Source of the DNA: Thermoproteus sp.
GTDB taxonomy: Archaea; Thermoproteota; Thermoprotei; Thermoproteales; Thermoproteaceae
DNA length: 18,979 nt
Assembly: GCA_049976425.1 (NCBI GenBank)
Contig: JBMFIG010000026.1
Coordinates: 1 to 18,979, forward strand
Direction of reading: 5' to 3'
Made by a program: the position numbers and the translations under genes. Shown here piece after piece: positions 8,079 to 16,368 of the stretch (the stretch's first letter is position 1; every line of letters begins with the position of its first letter). Under the pieces are notes generated by a model. The model was not told the DNA's origin and did no database searches. It was given only the letters and a program-made list of their open reading frames with translations.

Positions 8079-9194
8079 CTATAATGAATTATTGAATTCT
8101 TCATTGCTATAATGCCTTAGCGCCGTTAGGAGCAGGGCGGCCGCCGCCGCCGAGGCGAACGCAAAGGCGATCGCGCCGCCTTCTCCAACCGCCGTGTAGA
8201 TATAGCTGAACGCGAGGCTTCCGAGGACTCCGCCGACCGCCTTGCCCGTGTACAGCACTCCGTTGTTGGCTGTGGCGTATCTGGCCCCGAAGATCTTGCT
8301 CGCCGCGTTGAGGTAGAGCACTATGAGCGAGCCGCCGAAGAGGCCTATCAACACGGTGCCCGCGGTTGCTAGGCCCAACGCGAACAACGCGGCGCCGAGC
8401 ATTGATGCGCCGAGCCCTACATATATGGTGTTGAGGACGCCCCACTCGTCGGCCACCTTGCCGAGGATGGGCCGCGCTACGCCGACCATCAAAGGATATA
8501 TGGAGGCCAGGAGCACGAGCTCTCCGCCGGAGCTCAACAAGTGGAGGGACGAGGCGAGCGTCAACAGAGGCACGGACCCCAAGGCGTATGAGGCGTAGAG
8601 TAGCCAGAACCTGGCGTCTCTGGCCGCCTGCGCCGGCGTCTTGCCCGACAGACCGCGCGGATATTCGGCGAGGGCCATCAAGGCCGGCAACGCCGCCAGC
8701 TCGACGGCCCCGATCGTCAACGCGACCTCTCTGAAATCCCCGGCGAGGGCTATCATCGGGTTGGCCACGGCGGAGCCGAGGCCGAAGCCTAGGGAGACGA
8801 GGCCTGTGGCTAGGCCCATCTTGTCCCTATACCACTTGACGGCTAGGTTGAAGGCGATGCCGTACAGCACCCCCTCGCCTATGCTGCCCAAAGCCCACGC
8901 CGCGTAGAGCGTCGGCAAGTCGGGCGCGAGCGCGGCTCCTATGAAGCCGAACGCCGACAGCACGGCCGCGGCCATCCCCACGGCCTTGGGGCCCCTCGTG
9001 TCGGCCAAGCCCCCTCCCACGGGTTGCGCCAGCGTGGAGGCCACTACGTATATCGAGAAGCCCGTGGCGACCAGCACCGCCCCTATCCCCAGCTGGCGCC
9101 CCAACATGGGGCCCAACAAGTTCCAGGTGTACTGGTAGAGCGAGTTGAAGCACATGACGACGAACCCTATCACCAGATAGACGGCCCTCCGCAC
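8079..9194 (-). CDS. MFS transporter, oxalate/formate antiporter (OFA)-like
   Basis: About 12 TM segments with NSLYQYTW, GGLADTRGPK, AVKWYRDKMGLATGLVSLGFGLGS and FGARYATANNGVLYTGKAVGG, which are typical OxlT/OFA motifs. Confidence 0.88.
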   Translation of the reverse strand: MRRAVYLVIGFVVMCFNSLYQYTWNLLGPMLGRQLGIGAVLVATGFSIYVVASTLAQPVGGGLADTRGPKAVGMAAAVLSAFGFIGAALAPDLPTLYAAWALGSIGEGVLYGIAFNLAVKWYRDKMGLATGLVSLGFGLGSAVANPMIALAGDFREVALTIGAVELAALPALMALAEYPRGLSGKTPAQAARDARFWLLYASYALGSVPLLTLASSLHLLSSGGELVLLASIYPLMVGVARPILGKVADEWGVLNTIYVGLGASMLGAALFALGLATAGTVLIGLFGGSLIVLYLNAASKIFGARYATANNGVLYTGKAVGGVLGSLAFSYIYTAVGEGGAIAFAFASAAAAALLLTALRHYSNEEFNNSL

Positions 9195-9220
9195 TATATT
9201 TTTGACGGGGGTATTTTTAT
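9195..9220. promoter_or_regulatory. Overlapping divergent promoters in a 26-bp gap
   Basis: TATATTTT (+) about 25 nt before GTG 9221 and ATAAAAATA (-) about 20-25 nt before GTG 9194. Confidence 0.5.
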
Positions 9221-10558
9221 GTGGGCCTTCTGCTGAACGTCGACTACGGCGACCAGTTGGCGAGGATAAGGGCCAGAGACGTGTTGAGGCGCCTCCAGTC
9301 GGCTAGGTACGTGGGCGAGGAGGAGGCGATAGACGCATTCTATCTACACTACAGGAAGCCCATATTCGGCGGCAGGCCCTCCAACGAGTCCTGGTCCTAC
9401 TTCGTCAAGGCCTACGTGCGCTCGGAGTACTACAGAGAGGTGGGCTCCATCTGTAGGCTGAACCCGAAGGCGTCGCGCGAGGCGGCCGTCCGCCTCCTCA
9501 GAGCCTACCAAGCCTTTCTCGACTCGCTGGAGGCGGGGCGGGATCGGTTCTGGAGGGGGAGGGGGATCTGGCTTAGGTGGACGGAGGCCTTGAGGAGCTT
9601 GAGGAGGCTCATGGGCGATCCCGCAGACGTCCACAAGCTGTACGCCTCTTTGAGGAAGCTCGGGGAGGTTCTGGGCCCGGGGAGGTCGGCGGACCCGGCG
9701 TCTCTGGCGATCTCGATAGCGGCGGATCCCGCCCGGGCCAAGCTGGCCGACGTGGTGGCCGACGTGGCCGAGCTCGCCGCGAGGCTCGACCCCGCGGACC
9801 TCGAGGAGGGGGCCTCGCCGGGGCCCGGCGTGCCCGACGGGATCAAGCTGTCGTCCGTATCGGCGCTGAGGCGGGCGACAAACGTCACGAAGGCCCTATA
9901 CGCGTCGTCCCGGGAGCTCTTCGCGTTCAAGCTGGCCACATCGACGCTTTCTGCCAAGAGGTACGTGTCGGCGGGGAGGTTGCCGCTCTATATACTCCTC
10001 GACAAGTCGGGCTCCATGTACGACCTAGCGCCGGGGCTGGGGGTCAGGCGGATATCCGTCGCGGCGGCGTTGGCCATAGCGCTCTGGCGCAGCTCGCGCA
10101 ACTCCCTACTGCGCCTCTTCGACGTGGAGGTGCATAGGCCCGAGGCGGAGGGCGGCGTCGTGGATCTCCTCCTGAGGGTCGTCCCGTCCGGGGGGACCAG
10201 CATAGGCAGAGCCGTCTCGTCGGCCGTCGAGGAGGCCCGCCGCCTCGGCCCGAGGAGGTACGTCCTGGCCTTGGTGACAGACGGCGAGGACGACTCCCTC
10301 GACGGCTCCGTTTTCGAGAGGGCTAGGGAGGCCTTCGCCGACGTGAGGGTGTATCTGGTAGGCCGGCGGGAGTTAAAAATCGGCGGGGTTTCGGTGAAGC
10401 ATATAGCCTCACTGCCTCTTAAGAAGCCGCGCGAGCATCCCGAATACGACCGCGGCGAAGCCGGCGGCCGCCACGAGATCGCCTATCATCCTGAGCCAGA
10501 TGACGTCCACCACTACCGGCTCCTGCCAGAAGCCCGGCGCGCCGGACGGCGTGTATAG
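9221..10558 (+). CDS. VWA-domain protein (ViaA/CoxE-like MoxR partner)
   Basis: Complete MIDAS motif: YILLDKSGSM, GGTSI, VTDGED. The last ~50 codons run antisense over the qNor remnant. Confidence 0.85.
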   Translation: MGLLLNVDYGDQLARIRARDVLRRLQSARYVGEEEAIDAFYLHYRKPIFGGRPSNESWSYFVKAYVRSEYYREVGSICRLNPKASREAAVRLLRAYQAFLDSLEAGRDRFWRGRGIWLRWTEALRSLRRLMGDPADVHKLYASLRKLGEVLGPGRSADPASLAISIAADPARAKLADVVADVAELAARLDPADLEEGASPGPGVPDGIKLSSVSALRRATNVTKALYASSRELFAFKLATSTLSAKRYVSAGRLPLYILLDKSGSMYDLAPGLGVRRISVAAALAIALWRSSRNSLLRLFDVEVHRPEAEGGVVDLLLRVVPSGGTSIGRAVSSAVEEARRLGPRRYVLALVTDGEDDSLDGSVFERAREAFADVRVYLVGRRELKIGGVSVKHIASLPLKKPREHPEYDRGEAGGRHEIAYHPEPDDVHHYRLLPEARRAGRRV

Positions 10559-10615
10559 CGTCTTTACGAACCAGTACCCTTCGGCGAGCTCTTGCTGGAT
10601 CTGTAGAAAGTCTAG
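10409..10615 (-). pseudogene. C-terminal remnant of a quinol-dependent nitric oxide reductase (qNor/NorB-like)
   Basis: Frame reads LDFLQIQQELAEGYWFVKTLYTPSGAPGFWQEPVVVDVIWLRMIGDLVAAAGFAAVVFGMLARLLKRQ*. The LQ..GYW...WLRMxGD pattern is the qNor C-terminus. No nearby in-frame start codon. Confidence 0.75.
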
Positions 10616-10653
10616 AGAAGAATTTTTTAAATTGAAGATAACGACAAACGAGC

Positions 10654-11115
10654 GTGAAGTTCTTGCGCGTCCGCCTAAGGGCCTGCGACGCGTTGCCGCG
10701 CGACGCCTTGGCCCACCTAGGCTTCAAGATAGAGGGCGGTCGCGTGCGCCACGCGGTCCTCACCCCGAGAGGCCCCGTCACGGTGTCCAAGAAATGCGAC
10801 GAGTGTATATTCTACAAGCTTATCTCCGGCAGTTATGTCTACGGCGCGCCGTCGATACACAACGGCGTCATCAAGGTCGTCGTCGCCGACACGCGCCCGG
10901 CTAGGAGGATACTGGCGGAGCACAGACAACAGGTGATCTCGGTGGAGCGGCTGAGGCCCGCCTCCCTCGTCCTGACGTCAAAACAGAGGGAGGTGCTTTC
11001 GGCGATGGCCTCGGGCGGCTCCATATCGTTGATAGCGCGCGCAAGCTCCCGGTCTAAGGTCGCCGTGTATAAGCTGTTCCGCAAGACCTTGAGGAAGGTC
11101 GTCGAGCTTATTTAG
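10654..11115 (+). CDS. Putative transcriptional regulator with a C-terminal HTH (HTH_10/Bat-like) and an N-terminal Cys/His-containing domain
   Basis: LTSKQREVLSAM...SISLIARASSRSKVAVYKLFRKTLRK forms the HTH. The N-terminal part has C11, H33 and CDEC. TTTTTAAA lies about 25 nt upstream. Confidence 0.75.
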   Translation: MKFLRVRLRACDALPRDALAHLGFKIEGGRVRHAVLTPRGPVTVSKKCDECIFYKLISGSYVYGAPSIHNGVIKVVVADTRPARRILAEHRQQVISVERLRPASLVLTSKQREVLSAMASGGSISLIARASSRSKVAVYKLFRKTLRKVVELI

Positions 11116-11133
11116 GCAAGCTCCATAGCCTAC

Positions 11134-13101
11134 GTGCCTTTCGAGCGTCTGCTGTTCGTCAGATTCGCGGCGCCTCCGGATGTAGTCCTCGACGTGATAT
11201 TTAGGTTGGGCCTGGCCGGCATTGCGGTATTCGAGGACAGGCCGCCTTACTTCTCGCAACCGCCCGTCCCGCCGCTCGTGGCGGACGTGGAGGCGCTCGG
11301 GCGGTTCCTGGACCGCCTCGGCTTAGAGGCGGAGGCAAGGCCGCCCCGCGCCGGCAAGTTGTCCGAGGCCTTGAGGAAGGCCCTCGACGCGTTGAGGGCG
11401 TGCACGGCCGGCTACAGGCTGGACGACGTCGTGGGGAGGGAGGCCGCCAAGCGGGCGATACTGAGCTGTCTCGCCGAGAGGGGAACTGCCGCCGAGGATC
11501 TCGCGGGCATATACAGAGCCGCGAAGGAGGTCCTGGATATCTACGGGAAATCCGCGTACTCCGAGGGGCCGGACACCGGCAAGTCCTTCGCGGCCATGGC
11601 CGCCGAGGTGGCCGCCAAGGAGGAAGAGCTGAGGAGGCTCGGCGCCCTCGTGTCCTTCCTCGAGTGGCTGGAGGGCGGCGGCTACTCGCGCCTCAGAGTG
11701 CCCGAGGGCTACCGCGTGGTGTTGGAGCCCCGCGAGCCCATACCGGAGCCCCACCAACTGTTCGAGCTCGGGGGCTTTAAGGTGGCCATAGTCGCGGGCG
11801 GCGCGGGGAGGTACGGAGGGGTCGAGGTGCCGCGGGAGTACCTATTAGATATACATACGGCGAGGGAGTTGTTGAGGCAGACCATCGCGAGTGTAGACGA
11901 GGCGCTGGGGAGGCTGAAGAGATCCCTGGCCGAGATGTACGAGGTGTACCGGGCCTATTCGGCGTTCGGCGACGCGAGGTGGGAGGACCACGCCGGGACC
12001 GCCACCGTATCTTTCTATATAAGGGAGAGGGACGCGGCCAAGCTGGACGAGATCCTCGCGGGTGCCCTCGGAGGGGTCTACGTGCCTCGGCGGCTCGTCG
12101 CCTACAAGACAGGCGCCGCCTACAAGCTGATAAGGACGCCGACGAGCGAGAGGTGGCCCTACCCGATAAAGGCGTTCTCCAGGATACTCTACATGTACGG
12201 GCCTCCCGCTCCGGGCGAGGTATCGCCGCTCCCGCTGGTGGCCTTCCTCTTCCCCTTCTTCTACGGCTGGATGTTCGGCGACGTCGGCTACGGCCTACTG
12301 CTCCTCGTACTGGCGCTGGTCTTGTTGAGGGTCGGCAGGAAGGACTGGGGCTTTATCTGGCTGACCACGTCGGCCGCAACCGTGGCCTTCGGGCTCTACT
12401 ACGGCGACTTCTTCGGCCTAAAGCTGTGGGGTGTGAGGCAGGAGCTGGACTACATGACGGGCATGGCGGCTGCCATGATGTTCGGCTATTATCTCATGGC
12501 GCTTGCGTTCGTCCTCAAGACGGCCCAGTCCGCGCTGTCTGGCGACGCCCCCGCGGCCGCCGCCCTCCACGCCCCCATGACAGTCATCTATCTATCGATC
12601 GGCGCATCTCTGCTGAGGTACATAAACATGCCGCAGTTGCTCTACGGAAGGCCCTTCGTGGATATCGCGGCCAAGGCCTGCGGCGCCCTCGCCGACCTCC
12701 GCGTCCTGCTGGCCGGCGCATCGTGGCTCGCCTCGGGCATCGCGGCCCTTGCCTTGAAATACGGCGCCGTCTATCTGCGCGAGATAGGGGGCGAGCTGAT
12801 CTTCTCGACCATGGAGGCCTTCATAGCGGCGACCGCCAACGTCCTCAGCTTCGCGCGGCTCGCCATAGTCTACATAGCCCACGGCATATTCACCTCGGCC
12901 GCGCTCAGCCTGCTGGATCTGCCGGCAGGGTTCGCGCTGTACGCGCTGGCGCAGTTGCTGATAGCCGGGTTCGAGGGCTTCTTGACGGCCATACAGTCGC
13001 TTAGGCTGATATACTACGAGACCCTCTCAAAGTTCTACAGAGGCTCTGGAAGGCTCTTCGAGCCCTTCAAGCTAGGCCGGCGGGAGCCCGAGAGGGCTTG
13101 A
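11134..13101 (+). CDS. atpI: A/V-type ATP synthase subunit I (a)
   Basis: MYGPP..GEVSP, FPFFYGWMFGDVGYG, the essential-Arg helix NVLSFARL, and IQSLRLIYYETLSKFYRGSGRLFEPF. Confidence 0.92.
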   Translation: MPFERLLFVRFAAPPDVVLDVIFRLGLAGIAVFEDRPPYFSQPPVPPLVADVEALGRFLDRLGLEAEARPPRAGKLSEALRKALDALRACTAGYRLDDVVGREAAKRAILSCLAERGTAAEDLAGIYRAAKEVLDIYGKSAYSEGPDTGKSFAAMAAEVAAKEEELRRLGALVSFLEWLEGGGYSRLRVPEGYRVVLEPREPIPEPHQLFELGGFKVAIVAGGAGRYGGVEVPREYLLDIHTARELLRQTIASVDEALGRLKRSLAEMYEVYRAYSAFGDARWEDHAGTATVSFYIRERDAAKLDEILAGALGGVYVPRRLVAYKTGAAYKLIRTPTSERWPYPIKAFSRILYMYGPPAPGEVSPLPLVAFLFPFFYGWMFGDVGYGLLLLVLALVLLRVGRKDWGFIWLTTSAATVAFGLYYGDFFGLKLWGVRQELDYMTGMAAAMMFGYYLMALAFVLKTAQSALSGDAPAAAALHAPMTVIYLSIGASLLRYINMPQLLYGRPFVDIAAKACGALADLRVLLAGASWLASGIAALALKYGAVYLREIGGELIFSTMEAFIAATANVLSFARLAIVYIAHGIFTSAALSLLDLPAGFALYALAQLLIAGFEGFLTAIQSLRLIYYETLSKFYRGSGRLFEPFKLGRREPERA

Positions 13102-13173
13102 CGTTCGCAAGGCCTCCCGAGTGCCGGCATCGGCGTAGGCGGCAAGGTATTTAACACGCATGCGCGTCTTGGC

Positions 13174-13415
13174 GTGGGACATGTATTCACTAGGGCGAGG
13201 TTTAGGGGGAGGGCGAGATGGAGTACGACGAGATATTAGTAGACACGGGGGCCACCTTCACGGCGTTCCCCCATCGACGCGGCCGAGAAGCTCATAGAGA
13301 CGCCGTTTACGGTCCGGCCCATCGTCGGCCCAAATGACTATATATGTCGTATATAGGTGTTGGTTATAGCTCCTAGCTCTGAAGGCCGTCGAAGCGAGGC
13401 CTCCTAGCGTTAGAG
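13174..13415 (+). pseudogene. Clan AA (retroviral-like) aspartyl protease pseudogene
   Basis: GTG-GHVFTRARFRGR / frameshift / MEYDEILVDTGATFTAF / frameshift / IDAAEKLIETPFTVR ... GLLAL. The DTG catalytic motif is present and TATTTAA lies about 25 nt upstream. The 3' boundary is approximate. Confidence 0.7.
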
Positions 13416-13487
13416 GCCTAGAAGGGCCGCTGGGGGCCATTGACCGGCGTATCGCGGAGCCGTGGGCCTCCGGTGCTACGGCGGGGC

Positions 13488-13519
13488 AAAGCTTAAAAAC
13501 CTTTAGAAATATATGTAAA
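13488..13519 (+). promoter_or_regulatory. BRE/TATA and upstream flank of tRNA-Lys, repeated upstream of tRNA-Arg
   Basis: AAAGCTTAAAAA-N6-GAAATATATGTAAA. Confidence 0.75.
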
Positions 13520-13521
13520 GG

Positions 13522-13635
13522 GGGCCCGTAGCTCAGCCTGGTAGAGCGGCGGAGGATAGACGTCCGCCGCGGCTCTTAACCCGTAGGTCGTGGGTTCGAA
13601 GGGGACGGCCCCCGAAACTCCCACCGGGCCCGCCA
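13522..13635 (+). tRNA. tRNA-Lys(CTT) with introns at 30/31 (13553-13571) and 59/60 (13601-13618); CCA encoded
   Basis: GGGCCCG/CGGGCCC acceptor stem and GCGGG-CT-CTT-AA-CCCGT anticodon arm after splicing. BHB central helices are CGGC/GCCG and TTCG/CGAA, each with 3-nt bulges. Confidence 0.93.
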
Positions 13636-13795
13636 GCAACTCTTTGTCGACCATGAGCTAGCTTTGCGGCCCCATGCCCGTCCCTAATGATATTCCCGTG
13701 ACGGCGATTGTCCTCGAACCCAAAAGGTGGGGGATCATTGAATCGATGGAGCCAGCTTGGCGCCACCTGATTCTCGCCACACCCACACTCTATAG

Positions 13796-14131
13796 TCACG
13801 TAACCTCAATAGCTTTAGATTTTAGGTATTCCTTAGCTTCGTCTTCGTAAGCTATGTGTAGCTCTACCGGCGCATCCCAAGGTAGCCCGTAGCAGTCCAT
13901 GGATCTCGTTAGAATATCCTTATACAATTTACTTTTATTAATAGCAACATTCCCTGGAATTATTATAAGTATATCTATATCGCTAAGCACGGCGGTTCTG
14001 CCCTCTGCGACGCCGCCGATTACGTAAACCCTAACGCCCGGCACTAGATCTCTAGCGGCCTTCATTACGGCTGTCGCATATTCTCTTCACCTCCTCAAAT
14101 GCTCGAAGTGGCTCCTAACCCAGCTTGACAC
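13796..14131 (-). pseudogene. Minimal nucleotidyltransferase (MNT antitoxin) with a premature stop
   Basis: GTG-SSWVRSHFEHLRR*REYATAVMKAARDLVPGVRVYVIGGVAEGRTAVLSDIDILII...PVELHI. TGA at 14089..14087 sits where Trp (LRRWREY) is expected. Confidence 0.8.
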
Positions 14132-14532
14132 GGCTAACTAGGCTATCTAGTAGCTTTATTTAGATCCTTAACGACTCTCGACGCGGCGGAGACGTCACCG
14201 GCGTCGTAGCTCGACTCGCCGTATCTGCTCTCGATATAGGACTCCTCGAGGGCTATGAGCACATCCCTATTGTCAGCCGTAAAGCTCCTTAGTTCATGGG
14301 CCAATTCCTCATAGCCCTACGCCTCGAGGTCCTTGGCCAACAGTCCTAGCAACTCCCTGATTCCATGACCTCAGATCTTAACGCCGAATAGCTCGAAGTA
14401 TACGGCCTTTACGTATAATTGAGCGGCCTGCTCTATTAGGAACATCGCTATGTCGTAGTTGTCGGCGCTCTCCGTTATGCGCATCGCATCGAGCGCCCTC
14501 TCCCTCAACCTTTTAGAGTAGACACAGCCCAT
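14115..14532 (-). pseudogene. HEPN-domain protein pseudogene
   Basis: MGCVYSKRLRERA...YDIAMFLIEQAAQLYVKA...KI*GHGIRELL...EA*GYEE...LEESYIESRYG. In-frame stops at 14373..14371 and 14319..14317, plus a 1-nt frameshift near 14160 before LIKLLDSLVSRVKLG*. Confidence 0.82.
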
Positions 14533-14561
14533 CCTATTAGTATAAAGACGTAGGTAACCGG

Positions 14562-14981
14562 CTACTGCTTGAGCTTGAAGGGCTTGCCCTCGTAGAGTAT
14601 CTTCTTGGCGAGGTCGGGGGCGGCCTTCTCCAAGTCGTCCTTTATCGACTTCAAGAACTCCACCTCGTCCTTCTCGTTGCGCAACTCGTCGGGCAGCATG
14701 CGCGGTATCTCCTCTATTATCGGATACCACCTGCCGCAGGTCGGGCAGTATATCACGCCGGTCTCGATCTCCCATCTGTGGCACTCCTCGCAAGGGAGCG
14801 TGTCGGGCTTGGGGTGCTCCTTGATCTTCAGGTCGCGGTAGGAGCAGTACTCCTCGCAGAAGGGCTTCCTGGGCCAGGTGTACTGCCTCTCGGGATGCTC
14901 CGTCCTCTTGATCACTATCAGGCGGAGGGGGAATGTCTTGTCGTAGGGACACGCCAACACGTCCATCAGCCTATACTTCAT
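14562..14981 (-). CDS. trm112: Trm112-family methyltransferase activator
   Basis: MKYRLMDVLACPYDK...EIETGVIYCPTCGRWYPIIEEIPRMLPDELR is the typical archaeal Trm112 signature. Confidence 0.88.
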   Translation of the reverse strand: MKYRLMDVLACPYDKTFPLRLIVIKRTEHPERQYTWPRKPFCEEYCSYRDLKIKEHPKPDTLPCEECHRWEIETGVIYCPTCGRWYPIIEEIPRMLPDELRNEKDEVEFLKSIKDDLEKAAPDLAKKILYEGKPFKLKQ

Positions 14982-15012
14982 GCCACTTGGATAGTGCGCC
15001 TTTTTAAGTTAT

Positions 15013-16368
15013 CTAGACGAACCCGTTGAGGACCAAGCTCTCCAGCGACTTCTCGAGGGGCCTCCTCAGAGATATCGCCAGGAGGGACGCGTAGAAGATA
15101 GCCGAGGCGTAGAGCCCGGCGATCGGGGAGGCTACGGCGGCCGCGCCGGCGGCGAACGAGGCGAAGGCGGAGAGGCTCAGGAGGAACGTCCTTAGGCCTA
15201 CCCTGAGAGGCCAGGTGTGTTCTCCCTTGATCTGGTAGGGGGACACGAGGGAGAATAGATATGCGTAGAGGGACGCGAAGGGAGGTATCTGGCCCAGCGC
15301 CGCGATCGCGACCCCCAGCCCGTAGCGGGAGCCGAGTAGCCAGGCGGCCGCCCCAGCCGCGGCCAGAGGCGAGAGGAAGACGGCCGTGGACGCGGCTATC
15401 GCGAACAACATATGCCTCATGTAGCGGACGCCCAGAGACGCCGCGGAGATCCAGAGCCTCTCGTTGGCGACGGCGCCGGCCCCCATGAGCGAGGCCGACG
15501 CCGCCGAGGCCGCGAACACCGCCACTGTGGCCGGGATTGGGCCGCCGTAGGCCATGGAGGCCGCGAGATACACGGCCGCCGCGGCGGAGACCGCCAGCAC
15601 CAGCCTGCCCATGCCCACCCTGCCGGTCCTGTACTGGACGCCGCCCCACGCGCCGCGCCCCACGACGCTCACGTTGTGCAGTCTGAGCAGGTAGACCGCC
15701 TTGACGGGGCCAGCGCCTCTGAAGGAGACCTCGCGCCCCGCCAGCTCGGCGCCGCCGTGGGGATAGGCGTAGGACTCCAGCCTCCTCAGCTCGGAGAGGG
15801 CCAGAGCGGAGAGGGCGGAGGCCGCCGCGGCGGCCAAGGCCAGGCCGGCGGGCGATCCCAGAAGGGCCGAGGTGGGAGCGTAGGGCCAGCCCAAAGCCGG
15901 CGAGATCAGCCAAGCGCCGAGGACGCCGGCGGCGAGGGCCCGGAGCTTGAGGGGGAGCCGGTAGAAGGAGACAGAGGCCGAGACCGCCAGCGCCGTCAGC
16001 GCGAGGGAGGCCGCCAGCGATTCGGCCAGGCCGAGGTAGGGCACCAGCAGAGACATGCTGACCACGTAGAGGAAGAACGGCCAGTAGAGGAGCAGTTGCG
16101 CGGCGTAGAGGGAGGCCGCGAGGGCCCATCTGCCCACCGGCGTCTGGAGCAGGAAGTCGAGATCGGCCCTCAACACGAGGGGCCCTCCGCCCAGCACCGC
16201 CAGCGCGGTGATCAACGCGGCGAGCGAGATCGCCATCAACGCGAACGGGGCCAGATCGAGCTTGGGCATCAGCAGAGCCTGGAGGGTGATGTAGGCGGTG
16301 CTGACCCCCAGAAGGACCACGTAGGGGCCCGTGAAGCGCGACTTGACGACGAGCCCCAGAAGGCTCAT
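15013..16368 (-). CDS. Polytopic membrane protein, probable ABC exporter permease
   Basis: About 12 hydrophobic segments, an ADLDFLLQTPV motif, and an ATGA overlap with the upstream ABC ATPase. Confidence 0.8.
   Translation of the reverse strand: MSLLGLVVKSRFTGPYVVLLGVSTAYITLQALLMPKLDLAPFALMAISLAALITALAVLGGGPLVLRADLDFLLQTPVGRWALAASLYAAQLLLYWPFFLYVVSMSLLVPYLGLAESLAASLALTALAVSASVSFYRLPLKLRALAAGVLGAWLISPALGWPYAPTSALLGSPAGLALAAAAASALSALALSELRRLESYAYPHGGAELAGREVSFRGAGPVKAVYLLRLHNVSVVGRGAWGGVQYRTGRVGMGRLVLAVSAAAAVYLAASMAYGGPIPATVAVFAASAASASLMGAGAVANERLWISAASLGVRYMRHMLFAIAASTAVFLSPLAAAGAAAWLLGSRYGLGVAIAALGQIPPFASLYAYLFSLVSPYQIKGEHTWPLRVGLRTFLLSLSAFASFAAGAAAVASPIAGLYASAIFYASLLAISLRRPLEKSLESLVLNGFV

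Noticed and set aside
11979-13004. 341-aa alternative-frame ORF within atpI (likewise 14978..16129 and 15412..16593 over the permease)
   Set aside because: Arg-rich frame artefacts of high GC at third codon positions.
13449-13472. GCCGTGG...CTACGGC hairpin upstream of the tRNA-Lys promoter
   Set aside because: A short GC-rich stem of the kind expected by chance, with no supporting feature.
13533-13799. ORFs overlapping tRNA genes (also 17149..17361, 17319..17501 and 18361..18645)
   Set aside because: They translate tRNA sequence (the GFEP / RRDLNP signature of spurious calls).
14371-14952. 193-aa ORF appearing to fuse a novel N-terminus to HEPN
   Set aside because: The N-terminal part is an alternative frame of trm112; HEPN begins at ATG 14532.
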